A DNA stretch of 64,000 bases, taken from the IMG/VR virus record IMGVR_UViG_3300046455_000579; one strand, written 5' to 3'. Below the pieces are notes generated by a model, which did no database searches, was not told the DNA's origin, and saw only the letters and a list, made by a program, of their open reading frames with translations. Positions 1 through 8,802 of the stretch are shown here, in pieces. Each line of letters starts with the position of its first letter. Position 1 is the stretch's first letter. The position numbers were made by a program, and so were the translations under genes. Source of the stretch: an uncultured virus (IMG/VR IMGVR_UViG_3300046455_000579). Its lineage: Duplodnaviria > Heunggongvirae > Uroviricota > Caudoviricetes.

Positions 1-274
1 ACGCCGGGATCGCGGGTCCACCTGTCTACGGGGTCACGGCCCCGGGTACTCTGCTCCATGTCGGCACCTTCGTCGCTGTTGAGTGTCGGCCCGGCCCCGC
101 ACCGGTTGTTGACGCAACCGGGATACTGCGGGGCCGTTCCAATGTCTTGGGCGCCCTGTCCGTCCAGACCACGTTCTGACTGGACGTCTGGGGCTAGGCG
201 CAGCCTATCGGTTGGGCGTGTCATCTGTCCCCTGCCTCCCCATACGTGTCGTCTGTACGACCAATCACACCGGC

Positions 275-754
275 TCAGTGCTCCCGAGCGTCCTCGTCGT
301 CCGCCGGGTGCCACTCCGGGGCACGCTCCGCGACCTGCCGGGACCGGCCCGCCATCCCACCCATCGCCCGGAACCCCGCCTGCGCCAACTCGCCCTGCAA
401 CCGGGCCAGCCGGTCCCGGTTGAAGCGGGGCGCCGCCATCAACTGCCCGGCCCGCACCCCCACCACCAGCGCCCGGTCCCAGATCTCCTGCACGTCCGCC
501 GGATCCATCCCCGGGAACAAGTCCCGCGGCAGTTTCCGCGGCGTTCCCGCCGTGTCCAACTGGGCGGCCGCGATCAGCCCGGCCAGATGCTGGCCCGTCG
601 ATGCGGCCCGCCCCGCCAGGACGAGGTCGCACATCGCGTCCTGGCCGACGTCGGCCGACCACCCGGCCTTGACGACCCCGCCAGCGGCCGGACCGCCCAC
701 GGCCCCCGTCCCGATGGAGGCGGGCAGGGAGGTGGAGTCAGGGGTGTTGCTCAT
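275..754 (-). CDS. hypothetical protein
   Basis: ATG at 754 overlaps the stop of the upstream WhiB-like gene (ATGA); MSNTPDS... reads as a typical actinomycete protein. Confidence 0.6.
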   Translation of the reverse strand: MSNTPDSTSLPASIGTGAVGGPAAGGVVKAGWSADVGQDAMCDLVLAGRAASTGQHLAGLIAAAQLDTAGTPRKLPRDLFPGMDPADVQEIWDRALVVGVRAGQLMAAPRFNRDRLARLQGELAQAGFRAMGGMAGRSRQVAERAPEWHPADDEDAREH

Positions 755-1677
755 GCTGCAGCCTCCAGCGGCGTAGCGGGGAACAGGGAACACACATCGG
801 CGACCTGGGCCAGGTCGGCTTCCATCTCGGCGAGCAGCAGATCCAACTGCCCGGGTACCTCCACGAACCGCTCCCGCAACGACAGCCGGCGCACCCGCTC
901 CGTACGCCGCCCCGGCACACGCTGCTCGCCCTCGTCGACGTCGGCGACCGGCAGCCGGGCCAGGAGCCGCTCGAACTCCACCGCCCACAACAGCAACTGC
1001 CCGTTCGCCTCCACGGTGTGCGTCTTCACCCCCGACGGACACGCCAGCACCGACCCGTCATCCGCCACCACCAGGCCAGCGTCGACCAGGCCACGCTCCA
1101 CCGCCGCGGCGAGCAGCTCCATCCGCGACGCCTCACGCGACAGGCCCATCAGCGTGACAATCGCCGACCGCTGCCAACCCGCCGTCCGCACATCCATCCG
1201 CGCCGCCGCAGCCACCCGATACGGATCCGCGTGCCCGGCCAGCGCAGCCAGAACGGCCAGCTTCTGCTCCGTCCGCAACTTCGCGTCCGCGGCCGCACCC
1301 ATCACCTCGTGACGGTGCCGGATGAACGCCGTGTGCCGCTCCGTCTGCGTCTCCGCGCCCCACACCCCGTGCGGCTCCGCCAACCGCGCCACATCCCCGT
1401 CCATCACCACGGTGTTGGCGTACGCGGCGCACTGCACCATCACCGGACAGTCCAGACACACTTCGACCGCCGCGGCCTCCCGCGCCCGGCGTACCGGCTG
1501 CCTCTCCCCACCATCCACATCCGGAGCGAAATGCGCCCCCAGCGGCAGGTCCAGGTTCCCCGCCATCCGCGACGGCAGCACCGGATCCGGCGCACACCCC
1601 CGATACCGGAACCGCGGATGCGTCTCCCACGCCGCACGCGCCACCGCCACACTCACCTGCTCACCGGTGCCCGTCAT
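751..1677 (-). CDS. WhiB-family Fe-S transcription factor with a C-terminal LuxR-like HTH
   Basis: Four Cys (GCAPD...VCLDC...VQC) plus the HGVWG turn; the C-terminal TEQKLAVLAALA...RTA...SRMELLAAAVERGLV matches the LuxR/NarL HTH pattern. Confidence 0.8.
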   Translation of the reverse strand: MTGTGEQVSVAVARAAWETHPRFRYRGCAPDPVLPSRMAGNLDLPLGAHFAPDVDGGERQPVRRAREAAAVEVCLDCPVMVQCAAYANTVVMDGDVARLAEPHGVWGAETQTERHTAFIRHRHEVMGAAADAKLRTEQKLAVLAALAGHADPYRVAAAARMDVRTAGWQRSAIVTLMGLSREASRMELLAAAVERGLVDAGLVVADDGSVLACPSGVKTHTVEANGQLLLWAVEFERLLARLPVADVDEGEQRVPGRRTERVRRLSLRERFVEVPGQLDLLLAEMEADLAQVADVCSLFPATPLEAAA

Positions 1678-1976
1678 GCCGGACCCCCTTCCGAACTCGG
1701 ATCACCCGAACCACTCGAACGCGCCTGCGCGGCCAACGCCGCATCCACCACCCGATCCGCCTCCGCCAGCACCGCCCGCTGAGCCAGCACGGCATTCATC
1801 CGGGCGCGGAACTCCTCGAGGTCCCGGTCCCGGCAGCCCTCCGTCAGCCGGGCCGCGGCCTTCTCCCGGTCCAGCAGCCGGTACAGGCGCCGCAGCCGGC
1901 GCACTGTGCAGATGGCGACGGCCGCCGCGGCGAGTGCCGCGACGGCCAGAACAATCAGTAGAAACACGGCACTCAC
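1674..1976 (-). CDS. small membrane-anchored hypothetical protein
   Basis: N-terminal hydrophobic helix; stop overlaps the next start. Confidence 0.6.
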   Translation of the reverse strand: MSAVFLLIVLAVAALAAAAVAICTVRRLRRLYRLLDREKAAARLTEGCRDRDLEEFRARMNAVLAQRAVLAEADRVVDAALAAQARSSGSGDPSSEGGPA

Positions 1977-2012
1977 CTTTCTCCAGGGAAGGGGACGGCC
2001 ACCGGACCCCGG

Positions 2013-2306
2013 TCAGGGCCGGTACCAGGCGTTCGTCTTCACCACGCTGTCCAGCGCCCGCAGGCCTGCCAGCTCGGCCGCATCCGCCCGCGCCCCGACC
2101 TCCGCGTCCGCCACCGCCTCGAGCGCCTCCGCATCACGGACCGCCTGCTCGGCCGTCGACCGCCGCCGCCACGCCCGCAGCTCCACCACGTTGTCCGGCA
2201 CACTCGGACGGCGCTTCTCCCACCACAAGGCCACCGGCACCCCGAGCAGGGCCAAGAGCAGGATCGCCGGAATCACCCAGCGCTGGGCGTCAGAGAAAGG
2301 GGGCAT
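2013..2306 (-). CDS. small membrane-anchored hypothetical protein
   Basis: One hydrophobic helix (WVIPAILLLALLGVPVALWW); lies in the same operon. Confidence 0.55.
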   Translation of the reverse strand: MPPFSDAQRWVIPAILLLALLGVPVALWWEKRRPSVPDNVVELRAWRRRSTAEQAVRDAEALEAVADAEVGARADAAELAGLRALDSVVKTNAWYRP

Positions 2307-2618
2307 GACGGAACTCCGTTCGGCGACAGCCGGGATGAGGTGGGTGGTGGTGCGGCGGCCCGCCGGAGCGGGCCGGATGGTCAGGCGGCGGAAATGACCT
2401 CGTCCGCGCCATTCATCGGGATACCGAACCCGGCAGCGACAACATGCTGGAGGACAACCGGAGTACGGGAGAAACAGGCAACAGGCGGGACGGCGGTCAG
2501 TTCTCTTCTTGATCCGGCTTGGGGGCCAGCCGAGATACAGCCGAAAGGGATATGCAGGACCTCGTGCGAGGAGTCGTTCCCTCTACTGGGCAGCTCGTCC
2601 TTCGGTACGGGGCGGTGA

Positions 2619-3011
2619 TCACTGCTCGCCGCCCTCGGCGCCTGCGGCCAGGAGGCCGGCAAGGCTCTGGAGGTGGGCGGCCGGGCCGAGGTCGGTGTAG
2701 AAGGAGCCTGCGGGCAGCGGGGGCAACTGCGCGGGCACGGCCTGGTGCACGAGCGGCTGGTCCGCCAGACCGAGCCCCTTACCGGCGCGCGACCACGCCT
2801 GGCACGGCGGAGACCAGATCTGCTTCTTCGACCGCCCCTTGAATGGAGCGGTCGGGTACTGGGCGACGTCGCACTGGATAGTCAGGTGGCCCGCCGCCGC
2901 GCGGGTCTTGCACGCTGCGGTGTCCCACTCCAGCCCCACATCGCGAAGGCCAAGCAGCCGCAGCCCTTCCGACCAGCCACCAGGCCCTGCGAACCCGTCG
3001 AGGATCGTCAT
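2619..3011 (-). pseudogene. truncated DNA (cytosine-5)-methyltransferase, N-terminal part only
   Basis: Motif I (FAGPGG) and catalytic motif IV (SPPCQAWS) are present; the ORF ends at 130 aa with no ENV motif, TRD or C-terminal motifs. Confidence 0.75.
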
Positions 3012-3967
3012 CAGGCGGCGCTCCTCTCTGCGGCGTTGGCCTGGGCGGCCTGTTCCTTCAACTGGGCGATGCGGCGCGTCAGGAGGTCCTCAACGCGCAC
3101 GTCCATCTCGCCGACCTTCACCGTCTCGTCCAGAAGGCCGTGCTTCCTGGCGTCGGCAAGGTTCTGCTCGCACGACAGACGGTTCTTCCACCCGGCGTTG
3201 ATTTTCTCCTTGAGGCCTTCCAGCGTGGTCCCCGCAGCCTGCTCCTGCCGGTGCACGTCCTCCCGCTGCTCTTCCGTAGGACTGGCAGGCACGGCATCTA
3301 CCGCTTCCTGCTTCGCGGCCGCTACATCCGGCTCGGCCTCCACCTTGTCGTCCTTGAACTCGGCCTCCTTCGGCGCCTTCCAGTACGGAAGCGACGACTG
3401 CACCACCGGGGACAGACGGCCCTTGTTGTACAGGGACAGGCCGAACTGATCACCCAGGTTGGTGGCCGCCCGCTTCAAGGCCTGCGAGTCGGCGGTCTTC
3501 AGCGCCAGGTCGTGAGCATCGGCCCGGGACGGCTGGTTCGTGGCGTCCCCGGTGGCGATGCCGTGCCAGTGGCCCAGCTCGATCCCGTCCACCTTCACCG
3601 ACAGGCGAACCGCGACGCGGTAGATGACCGTCCACGCATCGAAGGGGTTCCCGTACGGGCGACCGTTCTTGTCCTTCTTCTGGTGGTCCGGGATGCAGGT
3701 CTCGGCGATCAGCGTCGACTCCAGCAGGTCGGTGTCGTGCCCGCCGAACCCGAAGATGCGGATCAGGTAGCGCCGAATGTCCCAGGCCTCCATGTGCGCG
3801 AAGCCCTTGCCGTCCGAACCCACCCGGTCCGGGTCAACGGGGCGCAGCAGCTGGGCGATCTGGAGGTCGGACAGGGTGCCCAGGCGGCGGGCCGGGGCCT
3901 GGTTTTGGGTGTGCGAGGTGGGGCCCTCCGCCGTCGTGCTGGCGAGGGCCTCGGTGGCCGGGGCCAT
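3011..3967 (-). CDS. Rad52/Rad22-family (Sak-like) single-strand annealing protein
   Basis: FAHMEAWDIRRYLIRIFGFGG and ALKTADSQALKRAATNLGDQFGLSLY match the Rad52 N-terminal core. Confidence 0.85.
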   Translation of the reverse strand: MAPATEALASTTAEGPTSHTQNQAPARRLGTLSDLQIAQLLRPVDPDRVGSDGKGFAHMEAWDIRRYLIRIFGFGGHDTDLLESTLIAETCIPDHQKKDKNGRPYGNPFDAWTVIYRVAVRLSVKVDGIELGHWHGIATGDATNQPSRADAHDLALKTADSQALKRAATNLGDQFGLSLYNKGRLSPVVQSSLPYWKAPKEAEFKDDKVEAEPDVAAAKQEAVDAVPASPTEEQREDVHRQEQAAGTTLEGLKEKINAGWKNRLSCEQNLADARKHGLLDETVKVGEMDVRVEDLLTRRIAQLKEQAAQANAAERSAA

Positions 3968-4050
3968 GAGGTCTCTCCTATGAGGTTGTGCGAAGTACGG
4001 GGCGCGGGGCCCGGCTGGTGTCGGCGTCCAGGCCGACCCCGCGCAGACGG

Positions 4051-4944
4051 CTATGCGGCGGGCTCGCCGAGGCGGTCCTTCAGGATCGCCACCGCGATCG
4101 AACCGGGGAACATCTTGTAATCCAGGGCCTCAGATACCCGCGGCTCCACGTCACGGAGCTGCTCGAGCAGGTCGGCGTTCACCCGGACCGGCAGCCACGT
4201 CGCATCGTCCAGCGACCGGCTACCCGGCGCCGCCTTCGACGGACGCGGCGGCAGCCACTCCCCGCCGGCCAGCGAACGGATCCCGTCCTCCAGAACCTTC
4301 TGCAGCGCCACGCCCTGACGGCCGGACTCGGCAATGAGGTGCTGCTCCAGGGGCTTCAGGACCCGCAGCTTCAGCATCTCCACACCGACCGGACTGTCGA
4401 CGCCCAGCTCCTCCGTCATCCACAGCAGAGCGATACCGCCCTCCGTGATGGGATAGCCGGCCTCCTCCGACAGCGACGCCAGCCGCTCCTGCACCTGCGC
4501 CCGCAGGTCCGCGTCGATGTTGACGGTCATCACCGCGCGGCCGGGGCGCCGTTCACCCTTCAGCCAGCGCTTCGTCTTACGCTGCGGCGGCAGCCACCTG
4601 CCCTCCAGCACCAGTCGGTAGCCGTCCTCGACCACATCGGTCAGCAGCACACCCAGCTCGTCCGCAGCCGCCCTCAGGGCGTCCCGCATATCCGTGTTCG
4701 TGGTGATGGTCAGCGGCGACTTGCCGGGCCCGTCAGCGGGAGCGGCGTCACGCAGCAGCGTCCACCCGCCCCGCACCAGGACCGCCCGGACATCGGCAGC
4801 CGAGTCGGGATGGCCGGCGTCCTCCAGACGCTGGGCGGCGAGGGTCAGACGGTCGTGGATGGGACGGGCCACGTGGAGCGGTCCTCTCGGATGGCACCTC
4901 CCCGGCTCCTTGCGGGCCGGCGGGTGCGTGGGGGCGTTGGCCAC
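4051..4944 (-). CDS. DNA-binding protein with four tandem ribbon-helix-helix-like units
   Basis: Internal AB-AB duplication (…EDGYRLVLEGRWLPP vs …EDGIRSLAGGEWLPP; VNIDADL vs VRVNADL); GGAGG upstream of GTG 4944; alternative start at 4872. Confidence 0.6.
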   Translation of the reverse strand: MANAPTHPPARKEPGRCHPRGPLHVARPIHDRLTLAAQRLEDAGHPDSAADVRAVLVRGGWTLLRDAAPADGPGKSPLTITTNTDMRDALRAAADELGVLLTDVVEDGYRLVLEGRWLPPQRKTKRWLKGERRPGRAVMTVNIDADLRAQVQERLASLSEEAGYPITEGGIALLWMTEELGVDSPVGVEMLKLRVLKPLEQHLIAESGRQGVALQKVLEDGIRSLAGGEWLPPRPSKAAPGSRSLDDATWLPVRVNADLLEQLRDVEPRVSEALDYKMFPGSIAVAILKDRLGEPAA

Positions 4945-4961
4945 GCCAGTTTCCTCCAAAC

Positions 4962-5067
4962 GGCAGTTCAATGCCATGCCCGGAGGCTCTGGCAGTGGGG
5001 CGGCACCCCAACAACCCCAACGATACTGCCACAGGCATTGCAATGCAATGCCTCACGGGTCTATGGT
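4962..5067. promoter_or_regulatory. divergent control region with two 19-bp operators and a sigma70-type promoter
   Basis: GGCAGTTCAATGCCATGCC 4962-4980; GGCATTGCAATGCAATGCC 5034-5052; TTGCAA(5038)-N18-TATGGT(5062) faces the WYL gene. Confidence 0.7.
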
Positions 5068-5097
5068 GGAACCAACACCACGAACCAGGGGGCCACC

Positions 5098-5547
5098 GTG
5101 CGGAATACCAAGAACCAGACCACCACCCGCACGCTCACCGACCTCCTCCGCGCCGCCGGCCGCCAGCACGCCGTCACCATCACCTACCTCAAGCCCGGCG
5201 AGACCGAGCCCACCGTCCGCACCATCGAGATCCACGAGATCCGCACCACCGCCGTGAAGATCAAGAAGACCGGCAAGGTCACCGGCGGAGGCCTCGTCAT
5301 CATCGCCATGTGCCGACTCCGCGGAGAGGGAAGGGAATTCCACCTCTCCGGCATCCTCGCCTACACGCTCCACCGCATCCCCTACGTCCTCAAGCGCCCC
5401 GCCAACACCACCTACCAGCCCGCCGCCCCCCAGCCCACCGACGACGCGGACGCCCTCTTCTTCCACGAGCTCGCCCGCGACCAGGACGACGCCGACTACC
5501 GTCCCCGCGTCAAGCTCACCCAGGCCGACACCGACCTCGCCGCCTGA
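5098..5547 (+). CDS. stand-alone WYL-domain protein
   Basis: VTITYLKPG..TVRTIEI…AMCRLRGEGREFHLSGI matches the WYL consensus; there is no N-terminal HTH. Confidence 0.75.
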   Translation: MRNTKNQTTTRTLTDLLRAAGRQHAVTITYLKPGETEPTVRTIEIHEIRTTAVKIKKTGKVTGGGLVIIAMCRLRGEGREFHLSGILAYTLHRIPYVLKRPANTTYQPAAPQPTDDADALFFHELARDQDDADYRPRVKLTQADTDLAA

Positions 5548-5557
5548 AAGGCACCCC

Positions 5558-5833
5558 GTGATTACCTACTTCACTGCGCCTGGCACGCTCGCCGAAGCCC
5601 TGCATGTACTGGCGGAACGGATGGAACGTGTCGAGGAGCGCATCGGGCACGTCGCGCTGGCCAACATGATGAGCGCCGTACTCGACGGCCCCGGGCATAC
5701 CGCCTGGACACCGACCGAACACCCGGAGCTGGCCCGGAAGATGCAGGACGCCATCGTCCCGGACGGCTTCCTGAGCCCGGTTCCGACGGCCGGGCAGGTG
5801 CGGCAGGCCGCCGACGCCGCCCGCAGTTCCTGA
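5558..5833 (+). CDS. hypothetical protein
   Basis: Follows the WYL gene with an AAAGG RBS and precedes a terminator. Confidence 0.55.
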   Translation: MITYFTAPGTLAEALHVLAERMERVEERIGHVALANMMSAVLDGPGHTAWTPTEHPELARKMQDAIVPDGFLSPVPTAGQVRQAADAARSS

Positions 5834-5847
5834 CCCCGGACATGACG

Positions 5848-5880
5848 AAGGCCACCACCCTCAAGGGGGTTGGTGGCCTT
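5848..5880 (+). terminator. intrinsic terminator hairpin
   Basis: AAGGCCACCA…TGGTGGCCTT inverted repeat followed by T. Confidence 0.6.
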
Positions 5881-5959
5881 TCCATACGGATCACGCACGC
5901 GCAGCGTAGCGGATCTATGTGCACGCACGCCAGACCTGTTCAGGGATGACACTGGGGAC

Positions 5960-6157
5960 ATGGCCACGAACCGTCAGGAAGCGCTGATCGAGGAGCCGTC
6001 GGGACGCCGGCGCGTGTGGTGCCGGGGTGTCGGCTGCGGCCGTGAACTGACAGATCAGGTGTCACGCACGAGAGGCTTCGGCGAGGAGTGCGACCCCGAG
6101 CCCCGAACCCGGCCGCGGACGTTCGTCATCGACCAGGATCCGATCCCCGGGACGTAA
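5960..6157 (+). CDS. small zinc-finger protein (DUF6011-like)
   Basis: C..GCGRELTDQVSRTRGFGEEC motif. Confidence 0.65.
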   Translation: MATNRQEALIEEPSGRRRVWCRGVGCGRELTDQVSRTRGFGEECDPEPRTRPRTFVIDQDPIPGT

Positions 6158-6430
6158 TGGCCGCGGGCCCGTCGCCGATGGGGAGCGCGGGCCCGCGGCA
6201 GGGGGCGGGAGCTTCACCTGGGGGGATCTGCTCGACCGCCGTGCGGGAACGGTACGCCCGCCCCGGTTGGTACGTACAGCCTTCAACAGAAATATCTACG
6301 GCCCGGGTCACCGGCCGCCCCCGGGGCGCTCCGGAGGAGAGCGGGGGCAGCGGATGCGCCGTTCCGGCATAGCGTGATCCCAGGGACTTGGTAGGGGATG
6401 CCGACCCATCCTCACCCCCTCCGACCAGGA

Positions 6431-6549
6431 CTTTACGAACCCTCCGAACCCCCACCCACCAGGAGAGGCCGCGCACGCCCCGCCCCGCACCCCCGGCCGA
6501 ACCGCAACCACCACCGCACCAGGGTGGACGGTCCTGAGGGTTTGTAAAG
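6431..6549. repeat. 14-bp inverted repeat upstream of the recombinase-like gene
   Basis: CTTTACGAACCCTC 6431-6444 and GAGGGTTTGTAAAG 6536-6549, 13/14 match. Confidence 0.55.
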
Positions 6550-6586
6550 ATTGATCTATGTCGTGGCGGGCGCCACTATGGACCCC

Positions 6587-7435
6587 ATGGACCCCCGCGC
6601 CCTGCTCGACGCCTGGCTCACCTCAGGACTGCTCCGCCAGTCCACCGTCGGCCGCTACCAGCCGCAGGTCGACCAGTGGCTCACCTGGTGCGAGGCGAAT
6701 GGTGTCCACCCCTACACCGCCGGCCTGCGCGAAGTCGCCGCCTTCTGCGGCCAGCGCCTCGCCCCCCACCTCGACGGACGGCCCTTCAACGGACCCGACG
6801 ACCTCGCCCGCCTCGCCCAGGAGGCCCCCGACGTCGCCGGCACCCACGACGGCTACATCACCGCCATCACCGGCTACTACACCGCCGCCCACACCCGCGG
6901 CCTCATCCCCGGCATCCCCGACCTCACCGAGCTCCGCGCCGGCATCGACCGCGACCCCGGCGCCCCCCAGAAGCTGAACCCCCGAGAACGCGCCGTCCTC
7001 CTCTACTGCATCGGCATGTGGAACCAGACCAACGCCCGCCACTACCGGCGCGACCGCCTCATCGCCTACCTCCTCCTCGAAGGCATGCGGCCCGGCGAGA
7101 TCGTCCGACTCGACTCCCGCCACCTCTACCCCCAGCCCGACGGCACCACCGAAGTCCGCGCCCCCGACTACGACTTCGAAGCCCTCGGCCCCCAGTTCGT
7201 CCTCGACCCCATCACCGGCGCCGCCCTCCAGGACTACCTCCCCCACCGGCCCCGCCCCGCCGAAGGCGTCCACGCCCTCATCCTCGGCCAAGGCGGACGC
7301 CCCGTCGTCTCCCGCTACCCCAACATGCTGATCCGGCAGATCGCCGCCCTCCACCCGATCCTCGCCCAACGCCAGCCACCCGTCACCGCCGACGCCGTCG
7401 CCCACACCGGCCTCTGGGACATCCCCGAAACCTGA
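6587..7435 (+). CDS. tyrosine-recombinase-like protein, probably catalytically inactive
   Basis: SAM-like N-terminus and box I (RDRLIAYLLLEGMRPGEI) are present; box II is degenerate (TADAVAHT) and the ORF ends before the catalytic Tyr; start at 6578 or 6587. Confidence 0.7.
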   Translation: MDPRALLDAWLTSGLLRQSTVGRYQPQVDQWLTWCEANGVHPYTAGLREVAAFCGQRLAPHLDGRPFNGPDDLARLAQEAPDVAGTHDGYITAITGYYTAAHTRGLIPGIPDLTELRAGIDRDPGAPQKLNPRERAVLLYCIGMWNQTNARHYRRDRLIAYLLLEGMRPGEIVRLDSRHLYPQPDGTTEVRAPDYDFEALGPQFVLDPITGAALQDYLPHRPRPAEGVHALILGQGGRPVVSRYPNMLIRQIAALHPILAQRQPPVTADAVAHTGLWDIPET

Positions 7436-7467
7436 CCCCAGTAGCGCTGTAGAAACTGCGGGGCCGA

Positions 7468-7489
7468 TGTCGGGGGTGGCTTGTACGGT
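7468..7489 (+). promoter_or_regulatory. PafBC/RecA-NDp-type promoter
   Basis: TGTCGG-N10-TACGGT. Confidence 0.55.
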
Positions 7490-7587
7490 CTTTCTGACCA
7501 GGAACAACGTCCGATCAGGTGGATCACTTCCGAATGACGGGTTATGTCCTTGGTGAGGGCGCACCGTGCGCCCGCCGAAGGAGCCCC

Positions 7588-7782
7588 ATGGACCGGACAC
7601 CCTTTGCTCTTGCAGTGGCCAGCCTGATCCTGCAAGCCCTAACTTTCCTCAGCCCACCCAGCCCCGCCCCCATCCGGACCGAGGTCACCGTGACCCTCCA
7701 GGTGCCAGCCACCGCCCCCACCTGCATCTGGGCCACCCCACCAGGCGGCTATTCCGGCCCGGTGCGCGTCACGTCCTGGTGA
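7588..7782 (+). CDS. small putative secreted or membrane protein
   Basis: AAGGAG RBS and a hydrophobic N-terminus. Confidence 0.4.
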   Translation: MDRTPFALAVASLILQALTFLSPPSPAPIRTEVTVTLQVPATAPTCIWATPPGGYSGPVRVTSW

Positions 7783-7833
7783 GGCCTGTCAAACTCGGCG
7801 GCGCGCGGAAGCCCGTACTGGCAGGATCGCCCC

Positions 7834-8802
7834 ATGCTCATTTCGCCCCGCCCGGGCACCGACCGGGACAACCTCCTCCAGACCCTGCGGTCCGTGCACA
7901 CCAGCGCCTCCAACGAGCACGGCCGCGGCTACGACAACGCCTACAAGCGGCTGCTGGGATATCTGGAGTGGGCGATGGGCGCAGCCCGGCTGCTGCGCAA
8001 CCAGATCAGCACCGAGGACCTGCACGCCTTGGTACTGACGAAGGGCCACGACACCCTGCTGAACGGCATCGGCGACCTCGAGGGTTCACGACGGGAACGC
8101 CTGGTGAACCTGCTTGTCGACCAAGAACTCGCCGAGCGCACCGAGGCACTCGAGGCCACAGTCAACCTGCTCCAATCACTGAGGCACCGCTGGCCAGGAC
8201 ACGAACGGTTCGTTGTCGCCGACCCCAGCTTCTACATCCAGAACGAGATCAAGCTGGCCGACGTCGACCTGCACCAGGTGCTCGGCATCCGGGAAGAGGC
8301 CTTCATCCGGCTGCTGTTCCCCATCGTGGTGGTCGACGAGCTCGACGGGCTGAAGGACGCGGGCAAGCCGCGGCCCCGGTGGAGGGCAGCCCACACACTC
8401 GGCCTCCTCGACGGGGTCCTGAACGGCGACACCGAAGGTGTTCTGCACCCCGGAACCTACGACCCCAGCAACGGGGAGACCCTGGGTAAAGTCATCGTGG
8501 AAATCGTCCTCGATCCTCCCGGGCATGTCCGCCTACCGCTGGCCGACGACGAGATCGTCGACCGGGCGGTCGTCCTCCAAGCCCTCGGCGGCCGCGACGT
8601 ACGTCTGCTGACGTGCGACACCAGCCAGCACACCCGCGGCTGCGCGGCCGGCCTGCAGGTGACGAAGGTCGCGACGAAAGACCCCGGCCCCGAGCCCGAC
8701 TGGGAGGCCGAGGGCAAGCCGGGGACCGGCGTACGGGCGCAGCGCCGCGCCAGGCAGGAAGCCAGGAACGGCAGTTCCGCCGAGGCGCCCGCGAACTCAT
8801 GA
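7834..8802 (+). CDS. PIN-domain ribonuclease with an N-terminal helical domain
   Basis: Four acidic PIN positions: VVAD, VVDELDGLK, ADDEIV, LLTCD. Confidence 0.75.
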   Translation: MLISPRPGTDRDNLLQTLRSVHTSASNEHGRGYDNAYKRLLGYLEWAMGAARLLRNQISTEDLHALVLTKGHDTLLNGIGDLEGSRRERLVNLLVDQELAERTEALEATVNLLQSLRHRWPGHERFVVADPSFYIQNEIKLADVDLHQVLGIREEAFIRLLFPIVVVDELDGLKDAGKPRPRWRAAHTLGLLDGVLNGDTEGVLHPGTYDPSNGETLGKVIVEIVLDPPGHVRLPLADDEIVDRAVVLQALGGRDVRLLTCDTSQHTRGCAAGLQVTKVATKDPGPEPDWEAEGKPGTGVRAQRRARQEARNGSSAEAPANS

